Origin: Octopus vulgaris
Taxonomy: Eukaryota
Direction: 5' to 3'
Length of the DNA: 64,000 nucleotides
Assembly: GCA_951406725.2 (NCBI GenBank)
Contig: OX597823.1
Coordinates: 53,258,001-53,322,000 of the forward strand
Shown: positions 31,796 through 45,536 of the stretch, piece by piece
Layout: each line of letters starts with the position of its first letter
How positions within the stretch are numbered: the stretch's first letter is position 1
The notes under the pieces: generated by a model
What the model was told of the DNA's origin: nothing
Databases searched by the model: none
Seen by the model: only the letters and a program-made list of their open reading frames with translations
Made by a program: the position numbers and the translations under genes

Positions 31796-32459
31796 AGAGT
31801 ATATATATATGCATATATATATATATATATACATATATACATATATATGCGTGTGTAAATGTATCTATTTACAGACAGAATGTATACATATACAAGTGTG
31901 GTGCATATATAAATGTCTCTATATGTATGTGTGTGTAGGTGTGTGTGTGTGTGTGTTTATGTTCTAGATCTATGGGTTTGTCTTTAAGCGTTTATGTTTG
32001 CAAGTGTCCCCCACTCTACTTCAGCATCACAGCAACCAAGGGGTCTCCATGTTATCGTTCGACAGGCTAGAAATAACAGCCAAATCTCTCTCCCCTCTCT
32101 CTCCCCTCTCTCTCCCCTTTCTATCTGTCTCTCTCTCACTCTTTATTTCTATCTTGCTTACTTTCTTCCTTTTAAAATACAGCCCTGCCATCGTTTTATA
32201 GAAACGTAAGTACATTTTAGATATTAGAATTTTTTAAATAAACTACGTTTGAAACGAAAGATAACCAAGGCCGGAACAGGTTTGATGAGAAGTGAGCTTG
32301 AGTGGGGCTGACAAAATGGCAAACAATATCAGTAATAACATATTTGCATAAAATATATTAATGTTAAAGAATATAAAAATTTTTAATTCCCCAGGTTTTA
32401 ATCCACCTTTAGCTAACAATTTATCCATGATATGGTAACTGTTGTGTTGATTGTGTATG

Positions 32460-32685
32460 CATCTTATGTATGTATGTATGTATGTATGTATGTATGTATG
32501 TATGTATGTATGTATGTATGTATGTATGAATGTATGTATGTATGTATGTATGTATCTATGTATGTATGAATGTATGTATGTATGTATGTATGTATGTATG
32601 TATGTAGGTATGTATGTATGTATGTATGTATGAATGTATGTGCATGTTTGTATGTATATATGTATGAATGTATAGATAGATAGAC

Positions 32686-32745
<60 letters not shown>

Positions 32746-32897
32746 GTGTGCATATAGAAAAAGAGAAAGAGACAAAGAGAAAGACAAACAGAAATGAAGA
32801 AAAGAAGATGAGAAGTGATAGGTGTTTGTTTTTACATATATATGTGGAGGAGTGTAAAGAATAAATATATATGCATACGTTTGTATATATATACATA

Positions 32898-32939
<42 letters not shown>

Positions 32940-33056
32940 TATGTATGTATATAAATATGCATAAATATATATACACACACACATACACACATAAAGAATG
33001 GAAAAATGAGCAATCAAGAAAAAAGTGGAAGTGCATTGTGACCAGCGATGTATATG

Positions 33057-33103
<47 letters not shown>

Positions 33104-33329
33104 GAACACACGCATACACGTTTATGTATTTTATGTATATGCGCATGAGTGTAGCGGGTAGAGGAAGGAAAGACAGACAGACACAGAGAAGCAAACAGAT
33201 AGACAGACAGACAGCAGACACAAGCAGATATGTGTTGTGATTGTGGGAAAACACTTAGCACCACTTACCTAAAACTTCATGTTTATGTAAGGATTCATCA
33301 TCGTCACAGGCAAAACATATACATATATA

Positions 33330-33419
<90 letters not shown>

Positions 33420-33450
33420 GTATATATATGTGTGTGTGTGTATGTATATG
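32460..33450. repeat. Compound microsatellite field (TATG)n/(GATA)n/(TA)n
   Basis: Directly visible. Confidence 0.95.
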
Positions 33451-33871
33451 TGTAGTGAGAGACGATGGAATAGAATTGCAGACAACGATAGAGCACCCTA
33501 CAACGATATCATCTCGAATTTCTCATATCATCCATTATGCTTCCTCAGATTTCCATAAATTAAAAACCAGGTGCGTACAAAAGGGCACTTCAATCAACTG
33601 TACCCTCTTTACCTAAAATTCTGTTATTCTGTTTGCCTTTTTGTACAATGCAAGGAAGAATCATTACAATTATATTGTGGCGGCAAGTTTATCCGGTGAA
33701 CATTATCACATTCGGGGCAACTCAGTGCCCCATTGGGGCTTTAAAGGAACGCTTTTAACCAATTACGGCAGGCCTTGTAACCCCATTTTGTTGAAGTTCT
33801 AATTTCCTGAATAATCCTGTTTTATCGAATGTGACTTACATAAATGTATGCATTTTACATAACTGGTTATC

Positions 33872-34093
33872 TTGCACTTGCTTCAGTCTTAGACTGCGGC
33901 CATGCTGGAGTACCACCTTGAAGAATTTTTAGTCGAACGATTCGACCCCAGTGCCTGTTCTTTGTTTTTAAGCCTGGTACTCGTTCTAGCTTTCTCTCTT
34001 GCTGAAATGTTAATTACAGGGACATAAAACTCACTAACACCGGTTGTCAAGTGATGATGAGGGACAAAGACACACACACACACATTTATATAT

Positions 34094-34157
<64 letters not shown>

Positions 34158-34312
34158 CAGGCTTCTTTCAGTTTCCGTCTACCTAATTCGCCCACACGGC
34201 TTTAGTCGGACCAAGGTTGTAGTAGAAGACAATTGACCAAGGTACCATGCAGTGGGACTGAACACAGAACCACGTCGCTGGGAAGCAAACTTCTTACTAT
34301 ACGGCAACGCCT
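33872..34312 (-). mobile_element. SINE family A
   Basis: cagtcttagactgcggccatgctggagtaccacc...(TA)n...gcagtgggactgaac. Confidence 0.88.
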
Positions 34313-34491
34313 GTTTTTTTTGGGGTTTTTTTTTCATCCTGTGTTTGACTGTGCGCTTAAGAAGCTGGTTTGCAGCCACAGTGTTTCGAGTTCTGTCCCA
34401 CTGCGCTTCACATTGAGCAAAGGATCTCCTCCTATAGATTAATGTGTTCTGAGCAAATTAATTCCACGTAAACTGTGTGGAAACTCTTCAT

Positions 34492-34531
<40 letters not shown>

Positions 34532-34539
34532 TACTTAAT

Positions 34540-34815
34540 CGACTAGACAATTAGATGTTATACATTGCTAGTTGCAATGCGTTTTGCATCGTTTAAGCTT
34601 TCTGGATGATACTGGCCCGCTGGCAAAGCAAGCAGGCTAACATTCCCTCTCCCGATCATAAAGCTCGTCCGTTGCAGGGTTACCCATTTATGGTTGAGTG
34701 GACTGGAGCGACGTGAAATGAAGTGCTTTGCTGAAAAACCGAAACAGCAGCCGGTCGGGGAATCGAAACCACTATCTCCCGATACGACACACCTAACCAC
34801 TAGGCTACCTGCCTT
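34540..34815 (-). mobile_element. tRNA-derived SINE family D
   Basis: Minus-strand head aaggcaggtagcctagtggttagg (A box)...ggtttcgattccc (B box), then ctccagtccactcaaccataaatgggtaaccctgc. Confidence 0.8.
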
Positions 34816-35664
34816 AACACACACACGAGTGTGTGTGAAGGCACGTAGCCTAGTGTGTCTTTGTGTTGGTGTTTGTCACACCCCTACCTCATCGCTTGAC
34901 AATCGAAGTTAGAAAGCTAACTACAATAATGATTCGAAACCTGCTCTCAATCTCGATACCCCGGTAGATTAATAGCTTCTGTTTTAGGCACAAGGCCGCC
35001 AATTTTTTGAGGAGGCGAGTATTACTCGACACCAATGACCCAGCAATTCATTGTTAGTTTGACTTATCGACACCGTAAGGATAAAAGGCGAAATTTACAT
35101 GTGTCTGAATTGAACCTCAGAACTTATGCCGCAAAGTCATTTTGTCAGACGATCACATAATCTTGCCAGCTCGCCGCCTCAGTGTGCTAAGAAAACAAAT
35201 GAGACTAACTACGAATTATCAGAAACCTAAAACTTTGAACATACATATATACATTTTTATATCTAAAGGAGATAAGCAAATGAAGCCAAAAAAAAGTACA
35301 AAGAAAACATATCAGGAAAACGTATTCTATTGGTTAAACACTATGCGTTCTGACTTCAAAAAACCGCCAAGAACAACTTTTTTTCCAACATTTCGAGGTC
35401 GATAAAATAAAGTTCTAGTCAAGAAAAAGAAGAAAAATAGAAGAGATGAAGTGGAGATGAAATATATAAAAATTAAGTAAATTTCTCTCTGGTCATTATT
35501 CTTTAAATCCATGCGATTACATTAAAAAATGTCAGTTCTCTGAATCATTCTTTAGCAAACCACCAAGCAAGACAGATAGATAGATAGACAGATAGATAGA
35601 TAGACAGATAGATAAGTAAAATGAAATTAAATGAAACAACAGGAAATATAAAAAGAAAACAGAC

Positions 35665-36105
35665 GGGCTGTGTAGTAAGCAGTTTGCTTCCCAACCACAT
35701 GGTCATTGTGCCCTGGCCAAGCCACTCAAAGCCTTCGGGGAGGATTTGATCGTCGGAAACTGAAAGAAGCTTGTGTTGTGAGTGTGCGTCTGTGTGTGTG
35801 TGCGGGGGGGGGGGGTGTTACCGCAACACAAAATTACTGGAGCGTAAACAAACCAACACTGGAGGTGAGGGACAAACCGAAACACATATACACTTATCGT
35901 TGTGCTTCTGTTTATCCCCTACCTCCGCTTGACAATCGGTGTTGGTTTTTTTACGTCCCTGTAATTTAGCGTTTCGGCAATAGAGACCGATAGAATAAGT
36001 ACCAGACTTTAAAAGAATAAGTCCTGGAGACGATGTTTTTCGACTAAATTCTTCAAGGCGGTGCCATAGCATGGCCATCGTCCAGTGTTTGAAACAAATA
36101 AAGTA
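35665..36105 (+). mobile_element. SINE family A with partial internal inversion/rearrangement
   Basis: Head ggctgtgtagtaag; tail caaggcggtgccatagcatggcc; internal gtaaacaaaccaacactg (~35844) is an antisense piece of the body. Confidence 0.8.
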
Positions 36106-36229
36106 TAGGGGACACTAGATAACTAGATAAAAAAAGAAGAAAGAAAGCTCAGAAAGAAATGAAGGGGGAAAAAAGAAATAGAAGATAGGTGAGAAGAAAA
36201 ATACAATATTAAGTTGGACAAATTTACAA

Positions 36230-36500
36230 TCTACCATATGTCCAAAATATTAATATATATACCGATTTTTATGGTGTTCGGAATGAGTGCTACCCAAGCA
36301 GTCCGATATACAGTGTTAATCAGTGGCGCATGATGCTTGTTGTATTGAGTGTGCTGCCACACCCAGTGCTACCAAATTTCAAGCAGGGTTATAACAAAAG
36401 TTTTCCATTAAGATTTGTGATTGAATTAATGAATAAGGTTAATATTTATGATGAATTTGCTATTTCCGTTGGATGTGCAGCGCACACCGAGCACATCCGG
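36230..36500 (+). mobile_element. Possible decayed non-autonomous Helitron
   Basis: Starts A|TCTAC; subterminal hairpin TGTGCAGCGCACA inside GGATGTGC...GCACATCC; terminus reads CCGG|T rather than CTAG|T. Confidence 0.3.
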
Positions 36501-36770
36501 TATATACGCCCTTGGGGCTAATATGATAAAACAGGTGTTAGAGTGTCTTACTCCCCTGAAATATTTCTTATGAAGTGTTACAAAGCGAGTTGGGAAAAAT
36601 ACTCACTCAACCATCTTGAGTCAATGTGATGTGGTGATTTAAGGTCCGGCTGCAACAGCCAAACCATGAATTTTCTTATTTCCCCAGTATTTTGGGGGTT
36701 TTTTACGTAAACTATATGTCCCAGTCAGAGGAGGAAGCACATAACCATTGTTTTACAGGATCTCCTAGAC

Positions 36771-36862
36771 AGGAAGGAAGGAAGGAAGGAAGGAAGGAAG
36801 GAAGGAAGGAAGGAAGCAAGGAAGGAAGCAAGGAAGGAAGCAAGGAAGGAAGCAAGGAAGGA
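36771..36862. repeat. (GGAA)n grading into (GCAAGGAAGGAA)n
   Basis: Directly visible. Confidence 0.95.
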
Positions 36863-37259
36863 TGAGACGAATGAACGGAAGAATGAAACTATCCCATAAT
36901 CGGAGAGCTGGTCCAAATGCTTGCAACGGAGTAGGCGCCCCATAAAAAGCACTTAAGAACCAGATCAAGATATTGGATTGGACGATGGGTTAAGTTAAAA
37001 TATGCAGATATGTGAATAAGTCTACATGCATTCGTTTGATAAATAAAAGATCAACCTCGCTGAGTAAATAGACCCCATTGTCAAATTCGAAGGTTCTTCG
37101 TCAATGCATGACGAAGCTCCTCAGGTTTGAACTGGAAATGGTCAACTTAATCAAGAGTAACTTCTCGTTTTTGCATTACACACACACACACACAGTGATA
37201 GAGAAGAGAGAAGAAAAAGAGGTAGAAGAGGAAGCAGATTATGGTTCCTTATTTTTTTT

Positions 37260-38380
37260 AAATGCTCCGAATATCTGTTCCTTTTAATCCGGCCCTCTTT
37301 GAACACACTCTACCTTTGTTATACGCAAATGGAACCTTCCAGTTCCCAGTTTTTTCGTCCTTAACACACAACGTAGATTATTTGCTTACCCCTGCTTTCG
37401 CTCTCTTTGTCCAAAGCTTCCTCACCCTAAACAAATCTAGCTAATCCTTCCATAGCACCGACTATTTCATCTGCACCTCGGCAATCACCAGCATAAAATT
37501 CCAAATCGTTTTATATTACATTGGGAAAACTGATCCACATTTTGCTGAACGTTTTAGAGACACTTGTCGCACGTTGGGTACAACAGTATTGGCTTACTCA
37601 GGCATATAACCTGTCGCCTCAATTCTTCAGAGCATACTTACCTGCATCTCTCCATCTGCAGTATTGTACACAACAGGGAGCACCCGTTACCCGAGTACGC
37701 CGTGAACAGCAATAAATATTTCGGTTAACGATAAACTAGCTCAGCTCGCTATTTTATAATCGAGCTGACTTCCTTAAAGAACACTACATTCCCATCCCTA
37801 AAAACAACGATAAACGCCCTCACTTACATTTCAACTGCCACCCACCTTAATAGAATCTCGCGCAAAGTGCACTGTCATTCTAACACACAGGCACACACAC
37901 ACACACTACTCATTTACCTCTACTCGAATATGTTCACACCACTACTTACACAACAGCACACCGCATCCACATATATACACACATTCACATAATACGCACA
38001 CTCACATATATACACACATTCACACAATCTAACATATACTTTGCGACTTACATACTCTGCTTACGCCCTTCGTGCCCTACACGCTATTATTACACCATCT
38101 TACACTGTATCATATCACTTCCACAGCACATCTATTCTCCAAAGCACATCTATTCTCTAGAGCTCATATACACACACACACACACACAGTCACAAATATG
38201 TTATTCTGTTTTGTTCACACCACCCACACATAACACACAATATCAACATCGATTCTAAAGAGTGTACACACACACACACACACACATACACACACAACAC
38301 TCACACACATACATACTACTCTTCTTTGTTCAAACCACCTCATACAGGAGCATACCACACCTATATCCATTTCCCATGAT

Positions 38381-38411
<31 letters not shown>

Positions 38412-38835
38412 AACTCACACATATGTACACACATACACATACACATACACATACATATACACACACGTACACACACGCGCGCATACGCTCGAGCAACATG
38501 GTCAAATATACTTTCTATTTACTCAACACACATTAGCTGACAATTAATTGCACATTTCCACCCCTGCCTAGCTTATGACTTTCAGCCATCGGTCTGTTGG
38601 CGGCAAACTACCGTTCTACACACTTCGGCTGATCCATTTCCATTTTACTATTCACCATGCTGCTTTACCGAAATCAACAATTCTGTTGTTCAATCAACAT
38701 TGATTTCCTTTCTTCGCGTCTTTTTTTTTTTTTTCTTGACGATGAACCATTGTCTGAAACGTTAAGTTCTCATTTCTTCCTTCTCACACATCACAATTAC
38801 ATTGACTTTTTAACACTGCCTTTATTGTTCTGTAT
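37260..38835 (+). mobile_element. Decayed Penelope-like element: GIY-YIG endonuclease remnant, CA-rich 3' region and terminal hammerhead relic
   Basis: One frame from 37460 reads DYFICTSAITSIKFQIVLYYIGKTDPHFAERFRD (cf. PLE FTCTS..YIGET...L..RF.EH); 37698-37727 reads RREQQ*IFRL; 38735-38766 reads CTTGACGA..GAAAC GTT AAG. Confidence 0.72.
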
Positions 38836-39158
38836 TTGTTTAACTAGTTTACTTTTTAGGCTAGAAATCGTAGTTCTTGAATATTCCATTAACCGATTTT
38901 CATAACCACGCACCTAGGAAGAAATACATTCAAACACATTTAAATAAGACCGAGTTCGACATTGCTTTTCTTCTTCTCTCCAAGTTGTACATAGTGAAAT
39001 GATGTAATCCACGATATTCCTTCCCTGGGTTATTAATGGAGACTTCTTAGAAATAGCAGCTAAATTGCAGAAAATCACAATTTAGCTGTCTTTTTCAATA
39101 AAAAAAATGAAAGAGGGAATGTTGTCCAAGATACATTATAATTGAATAAGCAAATATA

Positions 39159-40056
39159 CATGGTCTGATCAATAAGTATCCGGATTGATGTCATAGTAAC
39201 GAAGCTGAAGCATGCAGAGTGAAGCCGCTTGGTAAAGATTGACCTTAAACTCTGCTGTGCATGCATAATAAGCTTCAATGTTCTAGCTGACTTCCGCTGT
39301 TTACAGCAGTTCTTGGCAAGAAGGTGTGTAGCATGTGATCGTCGCATTGACCATGACAGAGAAAGTTGCCATGGCGATAGCTGCACACAAAGACCCACGC
39401 AAATTTGCAGAAAGTGTATGGAGAAAGAGTACATGAGCCGCACACAAGTGTAAGAGCGGTTCAGATGTTTCCAAGATAGATAAAAAAAATGTCGATATTG
39501 ACGAAGGTTCTGGGAGACCCGCAACCAGTAGAACTGAGAAAAACATCTCAGATGTGCATGCAGCTGTGAGGGGAAATTGTCGAATCATCATCCATCAGTT
39601 ATCAGAGGATGTGCAGTGTAGTTACAGTTCAGTTCAGTCCATTATCACTGACGATTTGAGTATGAGACGCGTGTCTGCCAAGTTTGGGCCAAAACTGCCT
39701 TCAACTGACCAAGAAGACATTCGGGTTTCAGTTACATAAGATCTCCTTGATTGTGTCGAGAACGATGAAAACTTTTTGAAAACTTTGCGTAGGCCTCTAA
39801 GCAGATATCGTCAAGCTTTTGGCAAAATTTGATGCAGATTCCTTGCTCAGTTTCTTCTGTCATGGTCGTACGACGATCACACGCTACACACCTTCCTTCC
39901 AAGCATTGCTGTAACCAACAGAAGTGAGCTAAAACGTTAAAACTCAGTGCACATACACAACAGAGTTCAAGATCAATTTGTACCAAGTGGCTTCACTTTG
40001 CATGCTTTAGCTTTGTTACTATGACAACAGTCCGGATACTTATTGCTCAAACCACT
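39159..40056 (+). mobile_element. Non-autonomous mariner element with duplicated, inverted 5' end
   Basis: TA flanks; TIR catggtctgatcaataagtatccgga / tccggatacttattgctcaaaccact; ~250-bp inverted arms each reaching the transposase ATG; N-terminal remnant MSRTQV..F..GSGRPATS..MRRVSAKFGPKL (WVPHEL-equivalent); no catalytic domain. Confidence 0.92.
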
Positions 40057-40149
40057 TATATGCCGGTGCAGATCAAGGCTGAGACGCATTTGATCATTGA
40101 TCTGCTCGATCAAGACTGTTCTGGTGCTAAACAATTTCAATGACAACAT

Positions 40150-40360
40150 TGGTTTCAAATTATGACACAATGCCAGTAGTTTAGAGGACGGGGTAATTCA
40201 TTTGCATCAACCACCCAGTATTCAGCAGGTACTTGTCTCCATCGACCCCGAAAAGATGAAAGGCAAAGTCAAGCTTAGCGGACTTTGAACTCAGAACATA
40301 AAGACTGGCGCTCAAAATTTTGTCTGCCGTGTTAACGATTCTGGTAGCTCGCCACCTTAA
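40150..40360 (-). mobile_element. SINE family B (short tail), diverged
   Basis: atcgaccccgaaaagatgaaaggcaaagtc...tgaactcagaac...agctcgccacctt. Confidence 0.85.
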
Positions 40361-40719
40361 ATTGCAATAAGAACATCAACAACAAATTCATTGTCTTGTG
40401 TACCTAAATAAATATTTAATTACATCCCATTATGTCTCAGAGCTCACACCATGCTGTGTTTCACCTCCACGTCGTGGGGTGGTAAATTTATAAATACACA
40501 TACCAATAATGTACTGTGACTGGATTTAAAAATTATACTCCATTATCGTTTTTTGGTTGTTTTTCGGTTTTGTGTTAATTTGAGACGTGCTTGCATTTTT
40601 GCATTTTCTGGGTTCTAATTCACTTATCGTCGATATTTTCTTTAATTTTTCCAGGAGCCTGTAGAATTAGTACTAGTCAGCTACTTCAAATTATTTATGT
40701 AAATAAGGCTATTTTAATA

Positions 40720-40933
40720 ATCCTTTCTACTATAGGTACATGGCCTGAAATTTGGAGCAAGGGGGTTAGTCGATTACATTGACCCCGGTACTTAGCTGGC
40801 ACTTATTTTATCGGCCCCGAAAGGATAAAAGCAAAGTCGAGCTCGGTTGAATTTGAACTCAGGATGTAAGGACGGACGAAATATCGCTAAGCATTTTGCC
40901 CGGCGCGCTAACAATTCTACCAGCTCGTCGCCT
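40720..40933 (-). mobile_element. SINE family B (short tail)
   Basis: Full head to tail recognisable. Confidence 0.88.
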
Positions 40934-41188
40934 GGTGCTTTATTATAATATCTAGCAAAAGCTCGAGAGCAGCAATTTGGGATCAGGAAACAGGGTGTTA
41001 AATCACCGTAAGTACCTGACTGGTACATTATTTTATTGTCAAACAAGTAAGAAAGTTGGCTAAATTGATATTTAAACTTAGAAGATAACAAACCGGAACA
41101 AAAGCAGCAAAGAATTCTGAACCCGGAATTAATAAAATGTGTAGAATGAACCAGAATACACCAAGTGCCTTACAATTCTTACAATTGT

Positions 41189-41249
<61 letters not shown>

Positions 41250-41282
41250 CCCTCTTATTCTTTCCACCCTTCTCCATATACC

Positions 41283-41508
41283 TATTTCTTTCCTATCCAC
41301 AAGGGGCTAAACACAGAGAGGACAAACAAGTGACAAACAAACGGATTAAGTCGATTATATCGACCCCAGTGCGTAACTGGTACTTAATTTATCGACCCCG
41401 AAAAGATGAAAGGCAAAGTCAACCTCGGCGGAATTTGAACTGAGAACGTAATGGCAGACGAAATACAGCTACGCATTTCGCCCGGCGTGTTTCTGCCAGC
41501 TCGCCGCC
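41283..41508 (-). mobile_element. SINE family B monomer with 13-bp TSD
   Basis: TTCTCCATATACC on both sides (41270-41282, 41509-41521). Confidence 0.93.
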
Positions 41509-41584
41509 TTCTCCATATACCATGTAAAGCGTGACTGGAGAAATCAACCAACCAATATTTATCTATTATTACATATCTTTATCT

Positions 41585-41782
41585 TTTGTCCTTTACTTTT
41601 TTCAGCCATTTATTCTTTTTGAAGCGTAGTACTTATTCTATCGCTCACATTTGCCGAGCCGCTAGGTTTCGAGGACACAAACACACCAACACCGGCTCTG
41701 AAGCGGGTGGTGGAGGACAAATACATACAGAAAGATACACTCACAAACACACACACACACACACATAGATAGATACATACAT

Positions 41783-41838
<56 letters not shown>

Positions 41839-42003
41839 ATACGACAGGCCTCTTTTAGTTTCCGTCTACCAAATCCACTCACAAGGCTTCGATCGGCCCG
41901 AGGCTATAGTAGAACACACTTGCCCAAGGTACCACGCAGTAAGACTGAACTCGGAACCATGTGCTTGGAAAGCCATCTTCTTACCACACACCCACGCTTG
42001 CAC
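41585..42003 (-). mobile_element. SINE family A with internal compound microsatellite
   Basis: Body tccgtctaccaaatccactcacaaggct...gcccgaggctatagtagaa..cacttgcccaagg. Confidence 0.88.
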
Positions 42004-42376
42004 CTCTAGTAAATTAATGATATAATATTCTAAGTTGCTCATTAACGAACAAGAAAATGGAGATAAGATTTAAGGATTGGTGTCAGGTTGTATAATTAAA
42101 GGCAGGGATTCTGATTTAGAGTTAGGATTAAGGTCAGATTTAAGATTCGGGAATGGGATTATGGGTTATGGGTTAGGGTTAATAGTTTTGTTAAACTATT
42201 ACCAGTTCGGTATATTCCTCAATTGTAGAGACAAATTGCCATATTTTTGTGACTTTTTACCTGATTCGCCATCATAGAAAAGATCTATAATAAAAGACAT
42301 TCTAATGATGACCAACCCGTCTTTTAGTCAGACATTGTGTCATCTATGACTACTTAACCATAACTACACTGAAGTT

Positions 42377-42596
42377 GCGGCGAGCTGGCAGAAACGTTAA
42401 GACGCCTGCCGAAATGCTTAGCGGTATTTCGTCTGAGTTCAAATTCCGCCGAGGTCGACTTTGCCTTTCATCCTTTCGGATCGATTAAATAAGTACCAGT
42501 TACACACTGGGGTCGATATAATCGACTTAATTCGTTTGACTGTCCTTGTTTGTCCTCTCTGTGTTTAGCCCCTTGTGGGTAGTAAAGAAGTAGGTA
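42377..42596 (+). mobile_element. SINE family B monomer
   Basis: gcggcgagctggcagaaacgtt...gagttcaaattccgccgaggtcgac...ccccttgtgggtagtaaagaagtaggtat. Confidence 0.93.
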
Positions 42597-42911
42597 TGAT
42601 GTACCAATTTTGCTGTTGTTACCAGGTCAGTTCTAGCCATATTCAAACAGACCTATTATCAAAGATGCCCAAACTGAAATGATCTCACCCAACCCTATTT
42701 TTACTTAATTATTTTAAGGTTTATGCACTTTTATATATAAACGATGGATGAGCGTATCTACGATTACGTTATCCAATGCCCTTCTATAATTTCTAAAGAA
42801 TTTATAATTATTTTTTTCAATATTTCTGGATCTGTAACTTAACTTTTCCTGTTTGGCTTAAGACGATATCTCAAAAACATACACAGTGTACTATGTAGAT
42901 GCTTATATATG

Positions 42912-43330
42912 AGTCTCTTTATTGCCCTCAAGGGGCTAAACATAGAGGAAACAAACAAGGACAGAGAAACGGATTAAGTCGATTACATCGACCCCAGTGC
43001 GTAACTGGTACTTATTTAATCGACCCCGAAAGGATGAAAGGCAAAGTCGACCTTGGCGGAATTTGAACTCAGAACGTAAGGACAGACAAAATACCTATTT
43101 CTTTACTACCCACAAGGGGCTAAACACAGAGAGGACAAACAAGCACAGACAAACGGATTAACTCGATTATATAGATCCCAGTGCGTAACTGGTACTTATT
43201 TAATCGACCCCGAAAGGATGAAAGGCAAAGTCGACCTCGGTGGAATTTGAACTCAGAACGTAGCGGCAGGCAAAATACCGCTAAGCATTTCGCCCGGAGT
43301 GCTAACGTTTCTACCAGCTCGCCGCTTTCA
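42912..43330 (-). mobile_element. SINE family B dimer with 15-bp TSD
   Basis: Two bodies, one head, junction GAAATA|GGTATTT; AGATGCTTATATATG at 42897-42911 and 43331-43345. Confidence 0.95.
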
Positions 43331-43439
43331 AGATGCTTATATATGTGCATGAATGATAACATGAATGACAGAAAGAGAGAGAGAGAGGGGGGGAGGAAAA
43401 TAGAGAGAAACAAGCACAGACAGACAGTGTATATTGCTT

Positions 43440-43760
43440 TTTGTTGTTGCTTTTGTATAGCAAATTGAAGGTTTTTGCGTTCTTGATATTTCGGCTATAC
43501 CGCACTTCACCGGGCTTTGCACCTCAGTGAAAAACAAATATAGATCTCTTTATTATCCCGCTGACGGAGGCTTTTAGTTATCATAGACTTCAGTGGGCAT
43601 ATATCAGCAGCCAGAAATACACTGTGTCGGGACACTGGAGTATACTACATATGTATTTACTTCAATAAGTGGCTTAATCTTCACATTGGTTGCAATTTTA
43701 TATTAATGCATGTATCATCGCTCAAAGCCGGATTCCTTTCATTGTTCTTGAACCCTCTCA
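43440..43760 (-). mobile_element. Possible highly decayed Penelope-like 3' fragment
   Basis: Minus strand CxxC (NCNQCE), then RDNKEIYI, then CCGGTGA...CC GAAAT ATC at 43482-43514; weak. Confidence 0.3.
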
Positions 43761-43906
43761 ATAATTCGCTAATTTGCTTCAAATATTTTCTATATAACTA
43801 TAACAAATATAATATGTATAATCAATATACACATATGTATGTTTCTGTGTGTGTGCGCACATTTGTGAATGTGTGAATGTGTGTACACAAGTATGTGTGT
43901 GGGCAC

Positions 43907-43962
<56 letters not shown>

Positions 43963-44820
43963 ATTTGTAATGAACTGGAAAATGAGTACTCAATACTCAA
44001 TACCGGAGTGTTAAATTTTTTTCCATTCGTTATTAACGGCAGATGTAACAGAAATTCCATTAAAAAAATTACATCTATGCAAGTGTGCATGTATAAGAGT
44101 ATATGTGTTTGTGTATATATATATATATATACATATATACACACATATATATATATGTATATATATATGTGTGTGTATATATATATATATATATAATAAA
44201 TATATATATATATTTACTCACTTATACATATACATATATATACTCACATATACATAATATACATATGCATGTACATATATATCTATATACATGCATACGT
44301 ACATACATACAAATATACATACATATATTATTCTTAAACAAGAATTTTATTGACAGCGACTTCAAAGATGGAGGGGAAATTTCCAACAGTGTTAGATATT
44401 ACCAAGGAGTTATGAAGCTCGTGTTTTATAGGGTGCCATGTGGGTGGGGGTCACAGATACATTATGAAATATTACTTCGCTTTACAAACGTCCGCAAGAA
44501 TATCTCATACGACAATGGCAGCAGCGGAGCTTTTTGCATCAACACACTTCAGGTGCTATTCGAAAGAGATTTTAAAATATCTGCTATTTAAGAATCTTTA
44601 TAGCCAGTGAAGCGTTTATAAGCAATCCTGAACATGCTTTGTCCCTGTTGCGCATGCGTGTATGCATTTGTACGTATGAGTGTATGTATGCATATATTTG
44701 TGTGTGTGTGTGTTTCTGTGTGTAGACATATATATGTATAACTTTGGATTTTGAAACGGATAAGCTACGAATAATAGCGTGTACACATGGGATTAAAAAA
44801 CCCTTTGGATAGAAAAAGTC

Positions 44821-45152
<332 letters not shown>

Positions 45153-45536
45153 TCAACTTTTAGTTTGTCGGAAGATTAACAATTTCTTTTGACTAAAAAT
45201 ACAAGATTCTCTCTCCCTGTCATGTTTACCTTACGTTCTTTCTTACTTTCCCTTAACCCATATTTTTGTCATTTCTTCTCTTCTTTTCTAATTTCTCTTT
45301 CTGTTTTCCCATGGTTTTCTCCTCTTTCTTGAAAGATTCAGTAAAATTCTCGAAATGCTTAGTAGTATGACGTTATGACACTTTCCGCATTGGACGACTT
45401 TGCTTTTTATCTTGCTGGAGTCAAGGAAGTAAATTAAATAGATGGATCAATTTATCTGTTCACGCCCTCCCACTACATTATAGAGACCTGTCCTGCCTAC
45501 GTTAAAAATAATTTACCGATATATATATATATATAT

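Noticed and set aside
44350-44591. Possible exon after a ttttattgacag acceptor
   Set aside because: No recognisable protein similarity or convincing donor site.
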